This document shows positions 1 to 9,068 of a stretch of DNA of 64,000 nt, piece by piece. Numbering within the stretch: the first letter of the stretch is position 1; every line of letters starts with the position of its first letter. This stretch comes from an uncultured Verrucomicrobiales bacterium (GTDB lineage: Bacteria; Verrucomicrobiota; Verrucomicrobiia; Verrucomicrobiales; DEV007), in contig CALKOM010000014.1 in the NCBI GenBank assembly GCA_938091905.1, forward strand, positions 1 to 64,000. The letters run 5' to 3'. Position numbers and translations under genes: made by a program. Below the pieces are notes generated by a model, which was not told the DNA's origin, made no database searches, and was given only the letters and a program-made list of their open reading frames with translations.

Positions 1-533
1 TGCATGCTGTTCTGGGTGTCTTCCTGCAAGAGAATGGTCGTCCAGCGGTAATGCAGGAACGGCTTGTTATTGTCGAATGAGAATTGCTGCGTCTGAAAAC
101 GATCATCGCCTGGAAACGTCTCTACCCAGCTAGGAATGGCAGCATTCTCATAGATCGTCTCCCAATTTCCCGTGTCCCATGTGGGCGCCTCATCGTTAGA
201 GCCTTCCAAGGTGATGGACAAAGGATCACGGCCGACTGCATCATTCGCCGACTGCATGGTGAGGCCGGTCACCAGCGTCGCCCCGACAGATGGCGTGACT
301 ACGAATCCGGAAGGCGTCGTATTATTCGCCGTATCAAAGTTGAGGTATTTGGTAGGTTGACCATCGATCGCGTTGGCGACCCCTTCTGAACCAGGACTGT
401 TATCCGAACTCGCAATCAAAGGATCACCGGGTTGGGTAACGTCGCTCTGGGCGTATGTTGTTGATATCGGCAGGGCTAAGAGAAGGCCGCAGAGGGCCAA
501 CGCGTAGCTCCAAGCGCTTAGGTTAGTTTTCAT
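1..533 (-). CDS. Secreted protein (5' part only; runs off window) with a discoidin/F5-8-like 'AIDG..TKYLNF' domain
   Basis: Manual translation from ATG at 533: MKTNLSAWSYALALCGLLLALPISTTYAQSDVTQPGDPLIASSDNSPGSEGVANAIDGQPTKYLNFD...SANDAVGRDPLSITLEGSND. Signal peptide present and frame open to base 1. Absent from the ORF track because it has no stop in the window. Confidence 0.8.
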   Translation of the reverse strand, partial: MKTNLSAWSYALALCGLLLALPISTTYAQSDVTQPGDPLIASSDNSPGSEGVANAIDGQPTKYLNFDTANNTTPSGFVVTPSVGATLVTGLTMQSANDAVGRDPLSITLEGSNDEAPTWDTGNWETIYENAAIPSWVETFPGDDRFQTQQFSFDNNKPFLHYRWTTILLQEDTQNSM

Positions 534-755
534 GTATTTGGAGTTTATTTGAGCCCTCAGAAATTGAGGGCTAACGCCAGCGATTACAGAAATCCCCCTA
601 AAAACAAGACCAAAGTTCACCGATATTAATCAATAGCGCCTAGGCAAAAACAGGTTGGGAAAACCACCGTCCTGTCTGGATTGCCCACGCCCCTTCGGGT
701 CTCGCCGTCTACTCCACTCCACTCCAGGGAGATCCGCTTAATAATTCTTCGCTTC

Positions 756-1269
756 CTACTCCGGAGGAATGTCTCTTGGCTGGAAGATCTCCAGCTCGCC
801 CATGTGATCAAATTTGGTGTCACACGTCGCAAGTTGGCGAATGCCCAACCGTGACATGACCGCGAGATTGAGCGAGTCATTCGTCATCATTCCGAAACGC
901 TCTTGAACAGTCAGTGAAGCAAAGATGTCATCCTTCTCGACCGTGACAACCTCTACCCCGCCATGCAGCCAGTGCTGCACAGGCATTCGATACTCACCAA
1001 GGCAACGAACGAGGGAATTCCGCTTCGCAAGGAAACTCGCAGGATTGTTGTTCGAAAGAATACCCTTCCGCCGGGCTTCCAACACCATGGCATGATGGCA
1101 GAATTCGCCGACAACGATGGTTGTGATGTAAGCTTGGATGGCCCCTTCGTTACACCGCGCTCCTAAACGCACACACTCGGGAGAGTTGCCCGTAAAGAGG
1201 TAGAGCCAAACGTCTGTATCGATGAGAATCCGCCCCCCCATCGGGAACGGCGTCTAGGGACAAGCTCAT
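756..1269 (-). CDS. PIN-domain (VapC-like) toxin; probable natural start at 1269 is out of frame by +1 in a G7 tract
   Basis: ILIDTDV...VVGEFCH...MMTNDSLNLAVM..LGIRQLATCDTKFDHM PIN motifs. The track ORF starts at 1241. The upstream ATG at 1269 gives MSLSLDAVPDGGRILID only if the G run is 6 rather than 7. Confidence 0.8.
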
Positions 1270-1286
1270 ACTCAGTAGGCATTCTC

Positions 1287-1619
1287 TTACAGCACTGTTC
1301 GAATCTCAGTTAACGATGCTTCTAAGCTGGATGTTTCGACAGCTTTGGGCATCTTGTGGGACGCTCGTCCTCCGCTTGCCGGCGGGCAAGATGCTGGTAA
1401 TACTGGGCACATAATGTTATCGGGTGTTCGTTCGTCCTCCGCTTGCCGGCGGGCAAGATACTGCTCGATGGCATCTGAAATCACATCAGCTATAGGACGG
1501 TTCTCTTCGACGGCTTGAAGCTTGAGGCTCTTAAGGAGAGACTCGTTTAGAGTAGTACCCACCTTCCGTTTCTTGGCGATTGACATACCAACTTTTACCA
1601 TATTTAGTAAAATATGCAA
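1287..1619 (-). CDS. Ribbon-helix-helix/CopG-like antitoxin, probably damaged (internal duplication, premature stops)
   Basis: KRKVGTTLNESLLKSLKLQAVEENRPIADVISDAIEQYL is RHH-like, and the gene lies immediately upstream of the PIN gene. True start is probably MSIAKKRK. Confidence 0.65.
   Translation of the reverse strand: MHILLNMVKVGMSIAKKRKVGTTLNESLLKSLKLQAVEENRPIADVISDAIEQYLARRQAEDERTPDNIMCPVLPASCPPASGGRASHKMPKAVETSSLEASLTEIRTVL
1365..1459. repeat. 28-bp exact direct repeat (TCGTCCTCCGCTTGCCGGCGGGCAAGAT) at 1365-1392 and 1432-1459
   Basis: Read directly. Period is 67 bp. Each copy contains the hairpin CTTGCC-GGCG-GGCAAG. Confidence 0.9.
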
Positions 1620-1789
1620 AAGTGATTTTTATGGTTTATCATAAATGATATACGCAATTTCATGAAAGCGCTTTGTCTCAGAACTGCCTCCCATTCCTGG
1701 GTTTCTCGCCGAGATCGCCCACTTGCGGGCTAATCTCCCTCTTGCGTTTACGCTTGGACTCGACACTTTCCCACAACCTTAAAAACCTG

Positions 1790-2365
1790 ATGACTCAAGC
1801 TACCGCCAGCCACACCGATTACCGTAATTATGTCGAAGAGCGCCTGATGAAGACGCGCACCATCATGATCTACGGCGGCATCAATCAAGCTGTGGCTCAG
1901 GATGTTTCAGAAAAACTGATCATCCTCTCAGAAGAGTCAAACGAAGACATCACGATCTACCTGAATTCCCAAGGCGGGCACGTGGAAGCGGGCGATACAA
2001 TTTATGACATGATTCAGCATGTCACCCCGACCATCCGCGTTGTCGGCACAGGTTGGGTCGCTAGCGCAGGGGCGCTCATCTACTCGGCACCAAAGAAAGA
2101 ATGCCGCTTCGCCCTTCCTAACACACGCTTCATGCTCCACCAGCCTAGTGGTGGTGTCGGCGGCACGGCCTCAGATGTGAAGATCGAGGTGGAAGAACTC
2201 ATCAAGATGCGCAAGCGCTTGAACCAGATCTTTGCTGACCAAACCGGTCAACCGTTGGAGCGCGTGACTGAAGACAGTGATCGTAACTTTTGGATGTCAG
2301 CGCAAGAAGCCGTCGACTATGGTCTCGCCGGATCCATCGTGAAGAGCGCTTCGGAGCTGAGCTAG
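1790..2365 (+). CDS. clpP: ATP-dependent Clp protease proteolytic subunit
   Basis: YLNSQGG, VASAG (catalytic Ser), MLHQP (His), DRNFWMSAQEAVDYGL. Start at ATG 1790. Confidence 0.95.
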   Translation: MTQATASHTDYRNYVEERLMKTRTIMIYGGINQAVAQDVSEKLIILSEESNEDITIYLNSQGGHVEAGDTIYDMIQHVTPTIRVVGTGWVASAGALIYSAPKKECRFALPNTRFMLHQPSGGVGGTASDVKIEVEELIKMRKRLNQIFADQTGQPLERVTEDSDRNFWMSAQEAVDYGLAGSIVKSASELS

Positions 2366-2367
2366 TC

Positions 2368-3027
2368 ATGAACTTCCTCGCTCCCGGGAGCGATGGCCAG
2401 GTCCGCACTAAGATCTGTGGGCTTCGCAGAATCGGAGACCTGGCATTCTGTCAGGAGCAAAGCATTGATGCGGTTGGTCTCAATTTCTGGCCCAAGTCCA
2501 AACGCTATCTTGAGCCCGCACTAGCAGCGACCTGGCTTGGGCAAATGCCAAAGACACCCACTCGGGTTGGTGTCTTTGTCAACGAGCCGACAAGCAGCAT
2601 TCAACGTCTGTTGGAAAAGGGCATCATTGAGATCGCTCAACTTCATGGCGATGAAACCCCTGAAGACTGCGCTAAACTAAAAATGGCAGGCTTTCCTGTC
2701 ATCAAGGCCATCGGGGTAAAAGACTCCTCGTCCTTGGCTCAACTCAGTGCGTTCGACGTGGGCGGCATTGTGCTAGATGCTTTCTGCCCTGGCGACTACG
2801 GCGGCTCTGGCAAGACCTTCAATTGGGAACTCGCTCTTGAAGCTCGCGAGATCCTCGGAGATACGCCACTCATTCTTTCAGGCGGGCTTGTGTCTGCAAA
2901 CGTGGCCGAAGCCATCCAGAAAGTCAGACCCCATGCAGTCGATGTGGCAAGCGGCGTCGAAAGCGCCCCTGGCGTGAAATCTAAGGAGATGATCGCCGAC
3001 TTTCTTCAAACGGTGCGCTCGGCTTGA
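2368..3027 (+). CDS. trpF: Phosphoribosylanthranilate isomerase
   Basis: TKICGL, VGVFVN, QLHGDE, GGSGKTFNW, SGGL, VDVASGVESAPG.K. Confidence 0.95.
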   Translation: MNFLAPGSDGQVRTKICGLRRIGDLAFCQEQSIDAVGLNFWPKSKRYLEPALAATWLGQMPKTPTRVGVFVNEPTSSIQRLLEKGIIEIAQLHGDETPEDCAKLKMAGFPVIKAIGVKDSSSLAQLSAFDVGGIVLDAFCPGDYGGSGKTFNWELALEAREILGDTPLILSGGLVSANVAEAIQKVRPHAVDVASGVESAPGVKSKEMIADFLQTVRSA

Positions 3028-4277
3028 GCATCGCCATAGTCATCTTCCGGCCTAAAAAACAAGGCTAGTAGGATCACGGCAATAGCAGCTAGGCCCGCTC
3101 CACAGGCGAAGAGAAGCCTGAGATCCACCTCGGCAATGCGGCCACCGATCACGCCGCTGACAATCCGAGAACCACCGATCACGACCATGGTGTAGACGCC
3201 TTGGATAGAATTTCGAAAGCGATCTGAAGCCAACTGATTCAAGTACATCACTGGCAGGACAAAGACGGCGCAAATCTCAAGACCATGAAGTAGCTGTGTC
3301 GCTACTGCCGTGAACACCGAAGGGAACGTCGCTAACAATGCTAGTCGCACAACCATCGCACTCAATCCCGCAATCATGATTGCTCGCATCCCGAACCGCT
3401 TACGAAGTCGCCCAAGTGCTAGGATATAGAAGATTTCAAGGAAGACGCCGACGTTGATGATAAGACCGATGACCGAAGCCTCCACGCCCACCATTGATCG
3501 CAGATAGACAGGGAAGAATGTGTGATAGGCCGTCGAAGCGGCGTAGGCAAGGCCCATACATATGAGAAAGTAGCGCCCTTTCGGACTCAGCAATGCCGCA
3601 AAAGCTTCCGCCGAGGGCAAGCGCCGTTTGACCTCGAAACCCGCTCCTTCTCCGTCTAGATTCGTGGGCAACTTGGGCAACAGCTGAGCATGCAAAGCGC
3701 TCAGGACCCCAAAGGCAATTGCACACCAAAGCACCATCGTTAAGGGCGGATCGCGATCGAGCAGAAAGTAGAGCACCACCTTTGAAATTAAGTTCGGATC
3801 GGGCTCGAGAAGAAAGTAGAGCACCACACTTGGAACGATGAAGCCAATCGTCCCCCAGACCCGGATACGATGGTATCGAGTGGCTCTGACATCGTCAGAG
3901 CGTTTCGCGAGCGAGAAATAGTAGCCGTCTTGGAGGGCCACCGTTGGCATGAATGCCAGGCTATGCAAGGTGTAGAAGATCAGCGACGGAATCACGCCTG
4001 CGGAAATCGAAATGAGATAGAACGCCAGCGCACTGATCAGAAAGGACGCTCCGAGGATGCGCCGAGGGTCGATCTTCATGTCTGCTAGCAGAGTGATCAA
4101 GATCGGCGAAAGCACGGTGGCAATACTCGTCAACGCCTGATTGTAGCCGAGCTCCGTCTCGGTGAACCCTTTCACCTCCATTAAATACACCGGCAAGAGA
4201 GGCCCAATGCAGCCGAAGATCGCATAGGAAACGAAGAACTGAGTCTGAAGGCGCCGCATGAGACAGGGTGAAGGCAT
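3006..4277 (-). CDS. MFS transporter (MFS_1-like; HcaT/nucleoside:H+ symporter group)
   Basis: About 12 hydrophobic segments; YHRIRVWGTIGFI and QLLHGL motifs. Confidence 0.85.
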   Translation of the reverse strand: MPSPCLMRRLQTQFFVSYAIFGCIGPLLPVYLMEVKGFTETELGYNQALTSIATVLSPILITLLADMKIDPRRILGASFLISALAFYLISISAGVIPSLIFYTLHSLAFMPTVALQDGYYFSLAKRSDDVRATRYHRIRVWGTIGFIVPSVVLYFLLEPDPNLISKVVLYFLLDRDPPLTMVLWCAIAFGVLSALHAQLLPKLPTNLDGEGAGFEVKRRLPSAEAFAALLSPKGRYFLICMGLAYAASTAYHTFFPVYLRSMVGVEASVIGLIINVGVFLEIFYILALGRLRKRFGMRAIMIAGLSAMVVRLALLATFPSVFTAVATQLLHGLEICAVFVLPVMYLNQLASDRFRNSIQGVYTMVVIGGSRIVSGVIGGRIAEVDLRLLFACGAGLAAIAVILLALFFRPEDDYGDAQAERTV

Positions 4278-4364
4278 GCCCTAAGCGCTGCGGGACACAG
4301 ATCAACAGGAAAGGAACGTGCTTCCCGCCTTGCTGATCTTCCAATAACTTCCTAGGGTTCCTCC

Positions 4365-5573
4365 ATGCGCCCCCTCCTTCTCATTCTTTCCGCTCTCAGC
4401 TGCACCTTCGCTCAGGAGAATGCAGATCGCCAATGGTACAAGGGCAACACCCACACCCACACCCTCTGGAGCGATGGAAACGATTTTCCTGATAGCGTGG
4501 TCGATTGGTACGCCACCCACGACTATCATTTCCTAGCACTGTCTGATCATAATATCCTCAGTCGAGGTGAGCGTTGGATGGCGATGAAGGCGATTCAGAA
4601 ACGGCGCGTGACGTTGGGAAAGAGCACACTCGCTAAGTACCGCCAGCGCTTTGGCACTGATTGGGTAGAGACACGAGGGGAAGGCGATCAGCTAGAAGTT
4701 CGGTTGAAGCCTCTAGCAGAACTTAAAAAGCGTTTTGAGAAGCCGGGTGAGTTTCTTCTCATCGAGGCAGAGGAAATCACCGACAGCTTCGAGAAAGTCC
4801 AGATCCACATCAATGCGATCAATGTCAGTGACGTGATCAAACCACAGAAAGGACGCTCGCCTCGGGAGACGATGCGAAACAACCTCCGGGCTGTGCAGGC
4901 GCAAGAAGCGGCCACTGGCCAACCCATCCTCGCCCACCTCAATCACCCCAATTTCCAGTGGTCCCTTTCGCCCGAAGACCTCGCACAGGTCGTCGAGGAA
5001 CAGTTCTTTGAAGTCTACAATGGTCATCCCTCGATCAATCACCTCGGTAAACCAAACCGGCCCGGCGACGAGAATCTCTGGGACATCGCCAACACCATCA
5101 GGTTGGTGGAACTTCAAGCAGAGCCCCTTTACGGACTCGCCACGGACGACTCTCACAACTATCACGGCGGTGATGCCTCCCCCGGCCGGGGCTGGGTCAT
5201 GGTTCATGCGGCCAGCCTTGAGCCTGCAGCGCTCATCATGGCCATGCGGGAAGGCGCCTTCTACGCCTCCACAGGCGTCACCTTGAACCATTTGGATTAC
5301 GGAATGGCTTCCAAGGCCATCCGATTCGAAATCGAGCCTGAACCTTGCGTGACTTACAAGACAGAGATCTTTGGCACCAGGCGGAAATCACCAAATCTCC
5401 CAGGCGAGAGCCTCGGCGTGATCGAGGGCCTGAAAGTCCATTTCCCAATGACGGATGAGTTCCACTACATTCGCGCCACCGTGACGGCCTCCAAACCTCA
5501 CCCAAACCCTTCGTTTCAAGGCCAATTGAGCCAAGCTTGGACCCAGCCCATTGGCTGGAAAGTGAGCCCTTAG
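4365..5573 (+). CDS. Exported PHP-domain metallohydrolase (histidinol-phosphatase-like)
   Basis: Signal peptide; WYKGNTHTHTLWSDG, LSDHN, LNHPN, EVYNG, ATDDSH. Confidence 0.85.
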   Translation: MRPLLLILSALSCTFAQENADRQWYKGNTHTHTLWSDGNDFPDSVVDWYATHDYHFLALSDHNILSRGERWMAMKAIQKRRVTLGKSTLAKYRQRFGTDWVETRGEGDQLEVRLKPLAELKKRFEKPGEFLLIEAEEITDSFEKVQIHINAINVSDVIKPQKGRSPRETMRNNLRAVQAQEAATGQPILAHLNHPNFQWSLSPEDLAQVVEEQFFEVYNGHPSINHLGKPNRPGDENLWDIANTIRLVELQAEPLYGLATDDSHNYHGGDASPGRGWVMVHAASLEPAALIMAMREGAFYASTGVTLNHLDYGMASKAIRFEIEPEPCVTYKTEIFGTRRKSPNLPGESLGVIEGLKVHFPMTDEFHYIRATVTASKPHPNPSFQGQLSQAWTQPIGWKVSP

Positions 5574-5656
5574 GCCATGCCTTGAGTCGTTCGTTTGTCA
5601 GAATTCATTGGACATCGTGCTAAGCGTTGATTGGATGGACCCACAATCAATTTCCC

Positions 5657-6436
5657 ATGAGCGAAGACTCTAGCGCTGAAGCGCCAACTCCAAAAAAATC
5701 TCCGAGCCGCAAGCGTTCGAGCGGCCCTCGCAAGAAGGCCCGCAAGAAGGCTGACGAGACTCCACAAACCGCAGGTGAAGCCCCCAAAGCGTCGACCAGT
5801 GAAACACCGAACCCTGCTGCTGAACCCGCCGCCGCCCGAGAGACGAAGATCGAGGCTCCCAGCAAAGCGGCCGCTGGCAGCGGTGAAGACAAAGGCCGCT
5901 CACGTGGCGGTCGCAATCGCCGAGGTCGCCAACGCGGCGGCAACGGTGAAGGACGTCAGCAGCAATCTGGCCAACATCGCCATAGCAAGCCGATCGATGT
6001 GAAGAAGTTGGGCAAGAAAGCCTGGCATATTTACTCAACCGAAGTCTGCGAAGAAGGTCTTCGCTACATTGACGAAACAGATGCAAACAAGTTGGTGCGC
6101 CGCAGTTTCCGAATGGCAGAGATCTTCCTGCGCTATCAACAAGAGCAGGCAGAGACCGTGAATACTCCGCCTCCACCGCCACGGCAAAGCCTCCCAGCAA
6201 AGTCGGAGGAGGCTCTATCATCAGCCGCTGCTCCAGAGCCGAAGGAAGAGGCCCCTGGAGAAGCAGAGAAGGCTGAACCTTCTACGACCGAAAAGGTCGA
6301 GACTCCAACTGAAGGAGTCGAGGCAGCAAAGCCGATCAACGATGATACGGCGACACCGGAACCGGTATTAGAGACTGCCGAGAAGAAAGCGGACCACGAT
6401 GAAGTCATCGAGCCTCCAACAATCGACGTCGACTAA
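5657..6436 (+). CDS. Hypothetical protein: low-complexity Lys/Arg/Gly-rich N-terminus, short helical core, acidic Pro/Glu-rich tail
   Basis: Long ORF with plausible codon usage followed by a terminator hairpin. Core is KKAWHIYSTEVCEEGLRYID...SFRMAEIFL. Confidence 0.7.
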   Translation: MSEDSSAEAPTPKKSPSRKRSSGPRKKARKKADETPQTAGEAPKASTSETPNPAAEPAAARETKIEAPSKAAAGSGEDKGRSRGGRNRRGRQRGGNGEGRQQQSGQHRHSKPIDVKKLGKKAWHIYSTEVCEEGLRYIDETDANKLVRRSFRMAEIFLRYQQEQAETVNTPPPPPRQSLPAKSEEALSSAAAPEPKEEAPGEAEKAEPSTTEKVETPTEGVEAAKPINDDTATPEPVLETAEKKADHDEVIEPPTIDVD

Positions 6437-6453
6437 TAAACATTCTCACAAAG

Positions 6454-6495
6454 ACACAGGAAGGGCTAGGGATTTCTCCCTTGCCCTTCTTGTGT
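6454..6495. terminator. Probable bidirectional terminator hairpin between convergent genes
   Basis: ACACAGGAAGGGCTAGGGA-TTTC-TCCCTTGCCCTTCTTGTGT inverted repeat. Confidence 0.7.
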
Positions 6496-6516
6496 AAGTT
6501 GTCCGAGTATTGACAG

Positions 6517-7032
6517 TTACTTGACCGTCATGACACCATTCATGAGCGCATAATGGCCTGGGAAGGTGCAGATGTAATCATAGAGGCCAGGGGCTGGAGC
6601 AGTGAAAACCACACTAACTTCCTCACCAGGACCTAACATCTTCGTTGCCACAAGAACATCCTTCTTGTTCGCCGCAGGCATGTAGTCAGCGGCTGGTCCG
6701 GCAGTGATCGCAGCAGTCGCATAGGCCACCTTGTTGGTTCCCTTCTTCAGAATGACGACGTTGTGCCCCATGGCCGCCTTCGGCAGCTTGCCAACGTTTT
6801 TAAAGGTCAGCTTGACCTTTTCACCAGTCTCGATGGTGAATGCCTTCTTATCGTACTGCATGGTGTCATTGCCAGTAATCGTCACTTCGATATCGGCAGC
6901 TTCTTCTTTCTCTTTCGATTCGGCAGCCGGCTTCTCGATTGCATTCACACCCTTCTCGGGTTCGTTTGCAGTAGCAGCCTTCAAGGCGAAAGCTACACTG
7001 AGGCAAGTGATCAGTTGAATAGGTCGTTTCAT
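6517..7032 (-). CDS. Azurin/plastocyanin-family blue copper protein
   Basis: Signal peptide; GNDTMQYDK, MGHNVVI, YICTFPGHYALMNG (His/Cys/His/Met type-1 Cu ligands). Confidence 0.93.
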   Translation of the reverse strand: MKRPIQLITCLSVAFALKAATANEPEKGVNAIEKPAAESKEKEEAADIEVTITGNDTMQYDKKAFTIETGEKVKLTFKNVGKLPKAAMGHNVVILKKGTNKVAYATAAITAGPAADYMPAANKKDVLVATKMLGPGEEVSVVFTAPAPGLYDYICTFPGHYALMNGVMTVK

Positions 7033-7109
7033 ATAGAATCTAGAAGTAGAACTTGTAGGGTTAAAGGTAATGTTGTTGGCCTCGTAGCCTTGTCAACTCT
7101 CCACGAAAG

Positions 7110-8924
7110 TCACGGCGCAGAAGTGGCAATCTCAGAAACCTGATCTTCACGAGGTTCGACCCATCTATCGTGCTCTTTAATCAACTCAATGAGCCGATTT
7201 ACCGCTTCACCCTGGGGAATATTGAATTTCACCGCCTCTTTGCCCACGTACAGATTAATCTTGCCTGGCGCACCTCCCACGTAACCGAAATCTGCATCCG
7301 CCATCTCGCCTGGGCCGTTCACGATACATCCCATAATGGCAATGCGCACTCCCTTCAGGTGCCCCGTAGCCGCGCGAATCTTACCTGTAGTTTCCTGGAG
7401 ATTAAAAAGGGTCCGACCACAAGATGGACAAGCCACGTAATCCGTCTTGAAAATACGCGCGCCTACCGATTGCAAGATATTGTAGGAGAGCCGCAAAGAT
7501 TGTCCTGGCGCTTCTTCTCCCTGAACAAGAATCGCATCGCCAATCCCATCTGCGAGCAACGCACCTAAAACCGCGCTTGCCCCCAAAAGAGTCTTTTCAA
7601 AACTCGACTTAGCATCTTGTGAGGGTTGCAACGTGTCCTTTAGAAGAATCGAATGCCTAGACTCAAGTTTCGCTGCCAAATACCGATACGCAGAAACCGG
7701 AGCCATACCCAAGCCATCAGCAACCGTCACGAGCTGGGAAGATCTACTAGCATTAACCTCATCAACAGCAGCGCGATCGCGTGGATCAATGGCGATGACA
7801 TCAGAAGAATCCACCACAAATTCCGGTTTAAAGTCACCTAACTGATCAATCTTGTGCGCGAGTTGATCCCATTTCTTCTGCGACGTGAAGACGCGGAATG
7901 CTTCGCTACCTCCCAAGCCTAAATCATCTGACATCGCGAGTGCCTCCGTGGCTCGACGGCGATAGTCGAAGAGATCGTATTTGGGTGCGGGCTCCTCCGA
8001 AAACACTTCTCGGGGAACCCTCATTCCCTGACACACGTCAATCAAGGCATGCGCAACGGGAATTTCATGAACTGCGTCCTCCGTGAGAGAGACACGGATC
8101 GTGTCTCCCACCCCATCCAAGAGAAGCGAGCCGATTCCGATAGCGCTCTTAATGCGCCCGTCCTCACCATCACCAGCTTCTGTCACACCCAAGTGTATGG
8201 GATAGTTCCATTCATCACCCAACTGACTCAAACGGGCGACGAGCAAACGGTAGGCCCCGATCATTACCTTGGGGTTACTCGCCTTCATCGAGAAGATGAA
8301 CTGGTGATAGCCTTCGTCTCGGGCAATGCGAGCAAACTCAAAAGCGCTCTCCACCATTCCAAGCGGAGTATCCCCATAGCGGTTCATGATGCGATCACTG
8401 AGCGAACCGTGATTCGTTCCAATACGCATAGCTACTCCACGATCCTGACAAATCTTCACCAGCGGCACAAAGCGTTCTCGAATACGCTCTAACTCTTCCT
8501 CATACTGGCTATCCGTGTACTCGCGAATCGCGAACTTCTTACTGTCCGCGTAATTGCCGGGATTCACCCGCACCTTCTCCACCCACTTGGCCGCCTCAAG
8601 CGCTGCATCCGGCTTGAAATGAATGTCTGCTACCAACGGCACCTGACACCCTCGATCCAGTAGGCCTCGTCTGATGTGCTCAAGGTTCTCGGCATACTTT
8701 CGCGTCTGTGCCGTCACACGAACAATCTCGCAACCAGCCTCCGCCAATCCTAAGGCTTCATTGACGCAAGACTCGGTATCCCGCGTATCTGAGGTTAGCA
8801 TGGATTGCACCCGAATTGGATTCCCTCCACCAATCCCGACATCACCCACCCGCACCTCACGGGTTTCCCGACGTGCGTAGCGGTAGAGGCTTTCGCAATA
8901 CTGAAGAGATGCTGGGTCAGCCAT
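7110..8924 (-). CDS. ispG: (E)-4-hydroxy-3-methylbut-2-enyl-diphosphate synthase, long (insert-containing) form
   Basis: PIRVQSM, PLVADIHF, RIGTNHGSLS, HLGVTEAG, ACPSCGR, MGCIVNGPGE. Start at ATG 8924 after GGGGAAGAG. Confidence 0.96.
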   Translation of the reverse strand: MADPASLQYCESLYRYARRETREVRVGDVGIGGGNPIRVQSMLTSDTRDTESCVNEALGLAEAGCEIVRVTAQTRKYAENLEHIRRGLLDRGCQVPLVADIHFKPDAALEAAKWVEKVRVNPGNYADSKKFAIREYTDSQYEEELERIRERFVPLVKICQDRGVAMRIGTNHGSLSDRIMNRYGDTPLGMVESAFEFARIARDEGYHQFIFSMKASNPKVMIGAYRLLVARLSQLGDEWNYPIHLGVTEAGDGEDGRIKSAIGIGSLLLDGVGDTIRVSLTEDAVHEIPVAHALIDVCQGMRVPREVFSEEPAPKYDLFDYRRRATEALAMSDDLGLGGSEAFRVFTSQKKWDQLAHKIDQLGDFKPEFVVDSSDVIAIDPRDRAAVDEVNASRSSQLVTVADGLGMAPVSAYRYLAAKLESRHSILLKDTLQPSQDAKSSFEKTLLGASAVLGALLADGIGDAILVQGEEAPGQSLRLSYNILQSVGARIFKTDYVACPSCGRTLFNLQETTGKIRAATGHLKGVRIAIMGCIVNGPGEMADADFGYVGGAPGKINLYVGKEAVKFNIPQGEAVNRLIELIKEHDRWVEPREDQVSEIATSAP

Positions 8925-9068
8925 AATCTCTTCCCCCATACACAGAACACCGCGAAACGCCAGTGATACTGGAGTATCAAGACCGCGCGAGCCGGGCATT
9001 CTTTCGTAGACAGGTCGGCGAAGCTTTTCCAGGGTGGCAGTGGCGACCGACGGTGGCCTCAGCATGAT

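Noticed and set aside
1365..1459. Repeat-spacer-repeat as a mini CRISPR array
   Set aside because: Only two copies, lying inside a coding region, with no cas genes or leader.
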